Shown here in pieces: positions 17,809 to 29,800 of a stretch of DNA of 64,000 nucleotides. This DNA comes from a virus, in IMG/VR virus record IMGVR_UViG_3300010885_049871, positions 1 through 64,000 of that record; one strand, 5' to 3'. The translations under genes and the position numbers were made by a program. The notes beneath the pieces were generated by a model. The model searched no databases. It was not told where the DNA came from and was given only the letters and a program-made list of their open reading frames with translations. Numbering within the stretch: the first letter of the stretch is position 1; every line of letters starts with the position of its first letter.

Positions 17809-20800
17809 TGGCAAAAGTGAGAACAGTAGATTTCTTACCTGAAATATTTCAGACATCTACCAACAAGCAATTTTTAGCTGCTACTCTGGACCAATTGGTT
17901 CAAGAACCTCAGTTTAAAAAGACACAAGGTTTTGTTGGTCGTCGTGTTGGGCCCGGGGTCAATTCTGACAATCGTTATGTAGTAGAGCCCACAGCAGCTC
18001 GCACAAACTATCAGTTGGAGCCGGGTGTCATCATGTTGAAACCTGACAGTGACACAGTTGAAGACGCTATTACATATCCTGGCATCAGTGATGCATTAGC
18101 CACGCAAGGTTCGTTTATCAACAACAGCGATAGACTCTACACCAGCGAATACTATACTTGGAATCCTCAAATTGACTTTGATAAGTTTGTAAACTTTAGT
18201 CAATATTACTGGTTGCCCAGCGGCCCAGACAATGTGGATGTTGGTGCCACTGCCGTACCGTTAATGGCCGATTACACAGTTACCCGAGAAAATGGTGTAT
18301 ATACTTTTTCTAATTATTCCACAAATAATCCTGCAATCACCCTGGTGCGCGGCGGCAACTACACATTTAATGTAGCACAAAACCAAAAAGAATCAGTCAA
18401 CTTCCGTGTTACCAGCAGCGGCATATCGGCATATGTAATTGATTATGTTCCAAACCCTGCATTGACCCTGGTGCGCGGCAACACCTATGTGTTTAATTTA
18501 AATCTTGATACAGCATCGCCGTTCTGGATCAAGACTTCACCTACCCAAGGCACTGGCAATCAATACAACACAGGTGTGAGTCGTAACGGTTCACAAACTG
18601 GCAACATCACATTTACTGTGCCACAAGATGCGCCAGATAATTTATATTACGCCAGCGAAACGCAGTTTAACATGCAAGGAACATTTACTATTGTAGACGG
18701 AACTCCGGGCACTGGTCCTGGATTCTGGATTCAGATGACACCGGGTGTTTCGGGAACGCTGCCATGGGCACCAAACATCAGCAGTAGAGATGTGTTGGGA
18801 GTATTCAACAATGGCGAAGACTTGGGAACGGTACAATTCAATGTGCCACTGGCTACTGCACAGAGTTTTTATTACACATTGCCCAGTATTGGGTCAGTTG
18901 ATTTAATAACTACCTTGACGTTTGAACAAATTAACAATCAATTCTTAGTTGAGTTTTTTGCACAGAATCCCACTGGCATTGATGGTATTACCAACTTAAA
19001 TGGTCGCACTGTTGCATTCGTCAACAATGCCGATGCTGACCAAGGCGGCTGGGAAATCACTTCGCAATTTGATCCGTTGCCCAATGTGGGCAATGTTCAA
19101 TCTGGCGCCGGAAGTTTTGACAGCATTTTATTTGCACAAGCAACTCCGCTGACACAAGCACAACGCTACAGCATATGGCAAATTGAGTATATCACTACCA
19201 CAGGCGGCCAGCAGTACATGCAGTTGAACAGGATCTTGCCTGTTGAGAATTTAGAAAAATTCAATGTGTTGTTTGGAACACAATATTCCAGCACTGAATG
19301 GTATAAAAGTGCCGATGGAATATTTGAACAAATTCCGTTGCTGACAGCAATTAAAGATGTGTTGTATTACCAAGACGGAACAGATCCAGAAATATTTGGC
19401 CAAATTCGGTTGATCAATCAAGACCAAACCAGTACAATTTTCATTGAAGATATCATTGGTCAGCCGTCGTACACCAGTCCCAATGGTGTGATATTCACCA
19501 ATGGTCTTAAGGTTCAATTCCGCGGAACTACCTTCCCCGCTGGTTACGAAAATCAAGAATACTATGTTGAAGGAGTGGGTACAGCAATTAAATTGTTGCC
19601 TGTTGTTAATTTTGTAACTCCCGAGACATACACACAAAGTGCCAGCATTCCGTTTGACAGTGTTGGGTATGACATTGGCAACTATGATGCCACAGACAAC
19701 GCTCCGCTGATTCCAGATTATCTCACAATTAATCGTGCAAGCCCGGACATAAATGCGTGGTCGCGATCTAATCGTTGGTTTCATGTTGATGTTATCAACG
19801 CCAGTGCTGCATATAACAATACCACAGCAGTTTTAAACAACAACTTTAGAGCCAAGCGCCCGGTGATAGAGTTTATTGCTGGTACCAAGTTATTTGATTT
19901 TGGCACAGAAGGCAAGCAACCGGTTAATATTGTTGACTTTAATTCAACCGATGCGTTCAGCAACATCAATGGAACAATTGGCTACAGCACTGATGGATAC
20001 ACATTTATCAATGGCAGTCGTGTTATATTTGCAAACGATTCAAATTTACAAGTTCGAAATAAAATATACGAAGTAACATTCATTGCCCCAGACACAGTTA
20101 ATCCTTTGATTAACCAACCTATAATAAATTTAGTTCCTGCTGCTGATTCTGTTGTGCTGGTTAATCAGGCAGTGGTTGCCTTAAATGGATTGACACAGCA
20201 AGGTCTGAGTTACTACTTTGATGGAGTTGACTGGCTATTGGCACAAGAAAAAACTGCCACCAATCAAGCACCGCTGTTTGATGTGTTTGATTCAGCCGGC
20301 GTGAGCTTCAGCAATCAAACAACATATCCTAGTTCTACATTTGTTGGAAGTAAATTATTCAGCTATGCCGTCGGCGATGGTACAGTAGATCCAGTGTTGG
20401 AATTTCCTGTGCGTTACTTGAGTCTTGCCAATATTGGTGATATTGTGTTCGATAATAATTTATACACTGACACATTTAATTATGTGACTGGCACCACTGG
20501 CGTAGTAGGCGATGTCAGCGATGGGTTTGTGTATCAATACAGTGATCGTGTTTTATACGCTCGTAAAATTGGATGGGATGTTGCAGTAACCCCAAGCCAA
20601 ATTCGCCAACAATTCCAATTTACCTACAACGGAACACCTTTACAATTGGACATTGTTGTGCCTGTTAATACCACGGTGCCGGCCGTTATGTTGTATGTGG
20701 CCAATGAATTTGTGCTGCCTCAGGACTACACAGTTACAATAAATGCAAACACAACCATAATTACTCTTGATAAAATTTATGTACCGGGTTCAGTGATTGA

Positions 20801-23800
20801 AGTACAAGTGCTGAGCAATCAAATTAGTAACACTGGTTTTTACGAAGTTCCTATCAACCTGGAGAATAATCCTCTCAATGCCAACAGTGATGTGTTTACG
20901 TTGGGCACTGTGCGAACACATTACGAAAGCATTGCAGAAAATCTCATCAACTTTGTTGGCAAAATTAACGGATCTAACAACACTAGAGACCTAGGCAACA
21001 TTGGTCGATACGGCACAACTATACTGCAACAAAGTTCTCCAATGACCCTGGCTGGGTTTTTTATGAGAGAACCAGAATATAATATTTTTAAATCGCTGGA
21101 GTTCAACGACAGAGAGTATAACAAATTTAAGAATAGAATGTTGGCAGCATCTATTCAAAGCGAATGGGGCGCATTCACTACCAGTCAAATACTTGATTCA
21201 ATCATCACGGATCTGAGTTTAGGTAAAACCAATATAAACAGTTTTTTCTACAGTGACATGATACCACACGGTAGTGTATACGCAGAAGTTGTTCACACTG
21301 TGACGCCAATTACCACAGGTATATTTGACACAGTGCAGACATACACATTTACATCTGCTAACTTTTTAGGATTGTTGGTTTATCTAAATGGTAATTTGTT
21401 AACATTGAACTATGATTACACTGTGGCTACAGATGGACCACGAATTGATGTCAACGTGCCACTGGCGGTGGGCGATCAAGTTACTGTTCGAGAATACGCC
21501 ACAACCACTGGCAGTTTTGTTCCCAATACTCCTACCAAGCTGGGACTGTATGCAGCGTACAAACCACAAATGTATTTGGATACAAACTATGTCAACCCCA
21601 CAATGGTTATCCGTGGGCATGACGGCAGCGTCACTGTTGCATTTGGTGATCTGCGCGATGATATATTGCTAGAATTTGAGCGTAGAATTTTTAACAATTT
21701 AAAAACTCAAGACAATCCAGTGCCATTGGTAGCAGAAGATGTAATACCTGGATATTTCCGTACAACAGATTACACTGCTGCTGAAATTACAACCATACTT
21801 GGCGAAAGTTTCTTGACCTGGTGCGGCCAAAACAAAATTGATTACAAAACTCAACAGTACATCAACACCAATGAGTTCACATACAACTACAGTCAGGCCG
21901 GCGACAAACAATTCAACCAGCCATTGTTGGGTGCATGGCGCGGAATTTATAGAGATTTTTATGATACTCTAAGCCCATCTACTACTCCTTGGGAAATGCT
22001 GGGATTTAGTCAACAGCCTGTGTGGTGGACCAATCGTTATGGCCCCGTCCCTTACACTGGAGATAACTTGGTATTATGGGATGATATCCAAGCTGGTTAT
22101 GTGGCTGATCCTGTTGCGCCATATATTATTCCAAAATACAAACGACCAAACTTGTCAACTTTCTTTATTCCTACTGGATCTGAAGGAGCACTACTGTCTC
22201 CATTGAACAGTGTAGTTGGAGTGTACGATCCCAATTCTTTCCGTAAGAGCTGGGTTGTCGGCGACGGCGGTCCTGCTGAAGCTTCATGGTGGATGAGCAG
22301 CAGTTACCCGTTTGCTGTCATGCGTCTGTTGGCCTTAACACGCCCTGCTGAATTTTTTAGTCTATTTGCTGATCGAGACCTTTACAAATACGATGCTGAC
22401 CTAGAACAATATCTATACAACGGTCGCTACAGACTGGATGCCAATGGTGTTCAAGTGTACGGCGGCCATGTCAACACTGCCAATGGAACTGTTACTCCTG
22501 TCAGCAAAGCCAGCTATATCAACTGGATTGTGGATTACAATCAACAGCTGGGCATCAATTCAACAGATGCGTTAGAACATGCATTGGCCAGCCTTGACGT
22601 TCGTTTATGCTGGAGGACTGCTAGTTTTACAGACAAGCAATACCTCAAAGTGTATACTGAACGATCGAGCCCGGACAGTCAAAACTCCAGTCTGCTGTTG
22701 CCTGACGAAAGTTACAATTTGTTGTTGTACAAAAATGTGCCATTCAGCTCAATTGCATACAGTGCAGTTATTGTGCAGGCAGTTGCCACTGGGTATGCAG
22801 TGCTTGGATACAGCACAGTTGACCCGTACTTTAACATTCTAGCAAGTAGAGCCGCAGGCCAACTACAGACAGTCAGTGCCGGTGGCAGTACTGTGCGTGT
22901 ACCAAAACAATACAGTACAGATATTGTACAAGTGCCATATGGATTTGTGTTTACAAATCAAAGCTCATTGGTTGACTTCTTGTTGAGTTATGGAAAATAC
23001 CTAACTGGTCAAGGATTGATTTTTGGCGAAGACCGTGAAAATGGATATCCACTGGACTGGCAACAAATGGCCAGAGAGTTCTTGTATTGGGCAAATCAAG
23101 GCTGGGGAGTCAATAGTTTAATCAATCTGAATCCAGCTGCAATTCGGTTGGTCGCAGAACGGCCAGGAGCAGTTGTTGACAATGTGATGATGCAGAATAT
23201 AGAAAATATAATGCTGGATCAAAATCGTCAACCTTTTGATGCTAGAAATTTAATTATAGAACGATTAGAAAATAGATTCAGTGTGACCAGCGGTTCTACA
23301 GGTCAAGCAATTTCATATGCCAATTTACGATATACCAGTTATGAAAATCTTGTAATTTTAGACAATGTTAGTATTTTTGCTGATTTAATTTACAATCCGA
23401 CCACCGCTGCACGACAAAATCGTGTCAATGTGGTAGCAATAACTACCACTGAGTGGGATGGTACGTTGAATGCACAAGGGTTTGTGTTGAACCAAAACAA
23501 TGTGCAAGATTGGACTCCAAATCGCAGATATGCCAAGGGCGAAATTGTCAATTATAAAAATACCTATTGGTCTGCTCAAATAATTGTTCAACCCAAGCGA
23601 GAATTTGCTCATGCTGACTGGGTCAAGAGTGATTACACCAAAATACAAAAAGGCCTGTTGCCCAACCTTGCCAACAAAGCAGACCAGCTGGCCAACAGTT
23701 ACAACACACAAACAGCCAACTTAGAGCGTGACAACGATTTATTAAGTTATGGCCTGATTGGATTCCAACCGCGTGAATACATGGTTGCTTTGAATCTTGA

Positions 23801-26800
23801 CGATACCAGTCAAGTTAATTTGTACAAGCAGTTCATTGGTACCAAAGGCACTGTGTTGAGTGCTGAAATATTCACTGGTGCAAATCTTGGCAAAGAAGTT
23901 GCCGATTATCAAATCTATGAAAATTGGGCAGTGCTGCGCGGCACATACGGAGCCAATGCCAACCGCAGCTTCTTTGAATTGCAATTGAATGAAACATTGT
24001 TGCAAAGTGATCCTGCAACAGTACAAATAATTCAAGTGGGCGAGTCAAGCGTAGCAAATCAAACTGTGTTTTTAAGTGATGTATGGCGAGAAAGCTATAA
24101 GTTGCCGTCAACTGATATTCTTCCCACAACAACCACAACTGTTACAGACACAGCATTGCCGTCGGCAGGCTATGTCAACATCAACGACGTTGACATCACA
24201 GTGTTTTCTCTAGACGATCCAAGCGCAATTGCCGCGGATCTTGACAACATTGGTAATGGCACAAGAATCTGGGTAGCCAAAACAAACAGTTTTGATTGGA
24301 ATGTGTATCGCGCTACCCAAACTCCAGGAAGAATCACCCGAGTAAGTGATAATCTCAACGGAACAAGTTTAGTTACATTCACGGCAATACACAATTTAAA
24401 TCGCGGAGATATATTAATTGTTCGATTCTTTAATGAATCTTTCAATGGCGTTTATCGTGTGTTGACAGCACCAACACCGACCACATTGACAGTTGCCTAT
24501 GCATTCACAGGCAATCAAATTGTTGCCACTGGTAACGGGTTGGCATTTTATCTTGATACAATGCGTGTTGCACAAGCTAGTGATGTAGGATCATTGTCCT
24601 ACGCCAATGATCTAGTACCCGGGGCGCTGGCCTGGGTTGACGACAATGGCGCACAATTATGGGAAGTGCTAGAAAAACAAGATGTATTCATTGACAACTA
24701 TTCGTTAGTGCAGAATTTGCCAATAGAAAACACTGCGTATGGCACAAGTGTTGCACAAGCATATGATAATTTTGCCGCATTGGTAGGCGCTCCTAACTAC
24801 TACAATGACACAACTAACACTGTAACAGGTGTAATATATCCGTATGTGCGAGGAGCAGATGCCTTGTATGCTGACGATAATTTATTATACTTGACAGCGC
24901 CCGACACATTGGGCTTTGGCAATGATATTGCATTTGGCAATCAGACATGGGCAGTAGCAGGCGCTAGCCTCAGCGCCGGTGGTGTTGGATATGCTTCAAT
25001 TATTAATAGAAATCCGTCCGACAGTAGATTTACACAGCCGCAATTGTTGGTAGCGCCAGACTATATTACTAGTGCCGGAAGTTTTGGCACCAGTGTTGCC
25101 ATCAGCAACGACGAAAGACTTGTGTACATTGGAGCTCCAGCTGAAAATGCAGTGTACGCTTATGGTCAAGTTGATGTCACTGCCCAGTCAGTAACATACG
25201 TCGCAGACGGAATAAATCAACAATATCAATATTCCAGTGCTATCAAAATTGATTATACAAATCCCAATCAATTGGTGGTGGTTGTTAACAACACAGCACA
25301 ATCAGAAGGAGTAGACTATGTTTTAAGCAATACCGCTGTGCTGTTTGAGAATCCACCTGCTGCTGGGTTGTTGATTGTGATTGCACGCCGTCAATCTGTG
25401 CAACTTGACTATCAAGTGTACTATGGAGTAATGCAAGACTCTACATCAGGGCCCGGATCTGAAGCAGTATTTACTGTGGTTCGTGATCGCGGAGACTATA
25501 CTGTAACGTTGACTGCCCCGGGATTGAATTATATTGTTGGTAATACACTTACTATTGATGCTGCCTTCATTGGTGGCGGCAGTTCGCCTGCAAACGATTT
25601 GGTGATTACAATTGTAACAGTTGTGGCCGGCGGCATTCTTACATTTACAGCAGCAGGTTCTGGAATTGATAACACCGACTCGTTTGACTTGTCTGAATAT
25701 TTGTATACGGCCAATGACATTGATTCGTTCCTACTAGAAGTAAACGGATCTGCACAGCGCCCGTACATTGATTATACATTTGCTGGAACAACTGTTACAT
25801 TTACCCCTGCTGCCGTGCCGGGCCCTGATGCAGTTATTTTTGCGTCTGCCAGAACATATTTTAAGTATATTGACAAAATTGACGGACCAGCCGGTAGTGT
25901 AAATTTTGGTCATAGTGTAGCGTCGGCTACAGATGGCCGCCAGGTAGTGATAGGAGCACCAAACACAGTGGTTGCTTCACTAGAGTCTGGCAGTACATAT
26001 GTGTATGATCGCAGCGTATTACGATACCAAATTAGCCAAGGAGAAACCAGCACGACAACATTTGCACTGCCTACCGGCTGGCAAGCACCAGTCAGCGTGT
26101 TGATTAACAATGCATTCTTGACCAATGCAGAGTTTGTAGTTACCGGTGGGTTTAATGTGGTTGGCAATGATGTTGTGTTGACCAACTCAGTTACACTGGC
26201 AGTGGGCGACATAGTTGAAATTGAAAGCAACATATTCAACACAGTACAACAAATAGTAACCACATCTGATTGGGATTCTTTAAATCAAACAGCAGATAAT
26301 GTACCAATCTACGAAGCACAATTTGGATGGGATGTGGATCTGTGTCCAAACAACTGTAGCATCTACATAGGAGCGCCACAGAACACCAACAATGATTCTG
26401 GTTCTGTGCAGCGCAATGTAAATCAGGCCCGTGTGTACGGTATAATTTCTTCACCAATTTCAAATCCTGTGTTGACAGCAGGCGATACCATTCGTGTCAA
26501 CAACTACCAAATTGCTGTGCCTGCTGCTCCAAACAACACTGTGGCCGGTCTGGCTGCTGCCGTTAACAGCGCCAACAACGGCATTGGTATACCAAATGCC
26601 ACAGCCACAGTAAGTGATGATTTGTATTTTGTTGCAAATGGGATTATAAAAACATTTGATATTGGTGTAACATATTCTCAATATGACAGCTATACCACAG
26701 TAGTGTATCTAGACACAGCATTACAAACAGTAAATGTTGATTACACCTATAACAATACCAAAGGCATTGTTACTTTTATCAACGCACCAGCAGATAAAAC

Positions 26801-29800
26801 TGTAATTCGTGTAGTATCGGGTATACTGACTATTAGCGTCATAAACTCTGCTGCTGCAACATCGGGCGCAAAACTAAATGTGCTGCCGGGACTAACTGGC
26901 TCAGCGTTTGCAGATATTGGTTTTGTAAATTACCCTTACACACAAATAATTACAAGTCCAAATCCAAGTCAGTTTGCTCGATTTGGTTCTAGTCTGACCA
27001 TCGACTCGACTGCATCCACATTGGTGGTAGGTGCGCCAAACGGCAATATGTATAAGCCAGTGACGTTTGACAGCGACACAACTTATTTTGATGATCGTAG
27101 TACTATATTTTCAACTACAATTGTACAAAGTGGCGTAGCATATACTTTTGATTATTTGCCAAGTTCAACAGATTCAGTTAATAATCCTGGTAAGTTTGTG
27201 TTTGGTCAACAATTATACAATGATACAACCAAAGAACTTGACAGTTACGGAACTGGCCTCAGTTACATCTCAGGCAAACTATTAGTGGGCGCACCCGGCA
27301 ATGACTTAGAAGACAGCCAGTTTGCCAACTTTGGTCAAGTTGTTGTATTTGATAACCCCAACAGAACGCCGGCTTGGACAGTAAAACATCTGCAGACTCC
27401 GGTAGTTGATATTGCACTGTTAAATTCTGTCTACATGTATGACAAGTTGGAGTCTCAAGTGACCAGCTACTTGGATTTCTTTGATCCGCTACAAGGTAAG
27501 ATTTTAGGTGTTGCTCGAGAAAATATTGATTATATTGGAGCGGTAGATCCAGCAAACTACAACAATGGTCCAATTCGCAATATTGGTAATCCATGGGCCG
27601 CCGCAAGAGTTGGACAGATTTGGTGGGATACCAACTCGGTTCGTTTCATAGATCCCAACCAGGACGATATTGTTTATGCAAGCCGTCGTTGGGGGCAGAC
27701 ATTCCCAGGTAGCCGTATTGATATCTATCAGTGGGTTGAGAGTGAAGTGCAACCGGCTAATTATACAGGTCCCGGGACTCCACTGAGTTTCTTGAGCTAT
27801 ACTACTCGTGCCGAGTTAAATTCTGAAAATATTTTTGCTACTCGTTATTATTTCTGGGTGAGAAATATTTCTACAGTCAACACTGTGGCAGGAAAAAAAC
27901 TCAGTACAACTGCTCTTGCCAACTATATTCAGTTTCCCCGCGCCAGCGGCATTGCATATCTTGCTCCGTTGAATGCAAGCACCGTGGCAATTTACAACGT
28001 ACTTGATCTAATAAGTGCTCAAGATACAATCTTGCATGTTGAATATGATCGCTTGGTCAATGATGATAATGTTCATCAGGAATATGAATTAATTGCTGCG
28101 GATCGTGCTGACAGTTTCCTAAGTGGTAACTTGTATTTGAAATTGCAAGACAGTTTTTCTGGTATTAACATGATGGGCGCTAGTGTGCCAGATGCTGGAT
28201 TAAGTCCAGCCATGCGGTATGGAGTAGAATTCCGGCCGCGCCAGAGCATGTTTGCAGATCGGTTTGGAGCACTACAAAACTACTTGGGCCGCGCCAATGC
28301 AGTGTTGGCACAATATCCTGTTACTGAAACAAAAAGTTTTACATTGCTCAACAGCAGAGAGCCAGAACCAGCAGACAATTCTGGTGCATGGAACAAAAGA
28401 GTTGCGAACCTTTTAGAATTAAGTTATCAAAACTTAATTCTTGTACCCATTGGATATCGATATCTAGTGGCATCTGACACGGACAACAGTGGCTTTTGGA
28501 CCATATACGAAGTTGTGGCCGGTACCACCCCAGGCTCCAAACAGCTGACATTGATCCGTGTTCAAAACTATGATACTCGTAGATATTGGAATCGCATTGA
28601 TTGGTATCTACCTGGCTATAATAAAACAGTAAATCCAACAACTTCAGTACCAAACTATGCTGGATTGTCAGGAGTGACATTGGCCACTGCACCAGTTGGC
28701 GCCAGTGTTGAAGTGACCAATGCCGCTACCACTGGAAAATTTGAAATTTACCAACGCACTGATCTTGGCTGGGACCGCGTGGGATTGGAAGATGGCACAA
28801 TTGAATTTAGTCGATCATTGTGGGACTATGCCGCTGGCAATTTTGGATTTGATCTAGAAGTGTTTGACGCTCAGTACTTTGATCAAGAACCTGTTATTGA
28901 AACTCGCAAAATTATTCAAGCAATCAACGAACAGTTGTTTATTGACGAGCTGTTGATTGAACGGAACCGTGCATTGATATTGACATTTGAATATGTAATG
29001 AGTGAATTTGCTACGCCTGACTGGTTGATAAAAACCAGTCTGATTGATGTCAACCATAAGATCCGTAATTTATTACCGTACCAATTTTACAATCAAGATA
29101 ATCAAGACTTTGTATTAAATTATATACAAGAAGTTAAACCTTACCATACGCAAATTCGAGAGTTTAACCTGTCCTACAATGGTAACGATGCTTACCCTGG
29201 ACTGATGACTGACTTTGACTTGCCAGCATTCTGGGATTCCGCATTGACTGTGCCACAATTTATCAGTCCAGTGTTATTGCCGTATACTCAGTCAACCGCC
29301 AACAGCAACACCAACTTCAATGCGGATACAGCAGCTGATTCTACATTGTGGGCTAAAAACCCCTGGGATGAATGGTATACAAATTACACATTAAACATAC
29401 AGGCGGTGGTAATTACCAATGGCGGAGTTGGGTATACAACAGCACCATCGATCACAGTGACTGGCGATTGTGTTGAGCAAGCCGAAATGACTGCCATTAT
29501 TAATGGTGCAGGGCAAGTGTCTGGTGTCACAATTGACAACTATGGCAGCGGATACACAACCACTGCTATTATAACTTTTGTTGGTGGAAACGGAACTGGT
29601 GCAACAGCAGCAGTGACAATGGGCAATGATTTGATTCGTCAGATTACCACTAGAATCAAGTACGACAGATATGAATATTCATCTACCATTGTTGAATGGC
29701 AAGCTGGTGTAAACTACGATAATGGCACACAGGTTCGTTATTTAAACCGTGTATGGGAAGCGGCAGCCGACGACAGTACAGGCATTCAAAGCAATACGTT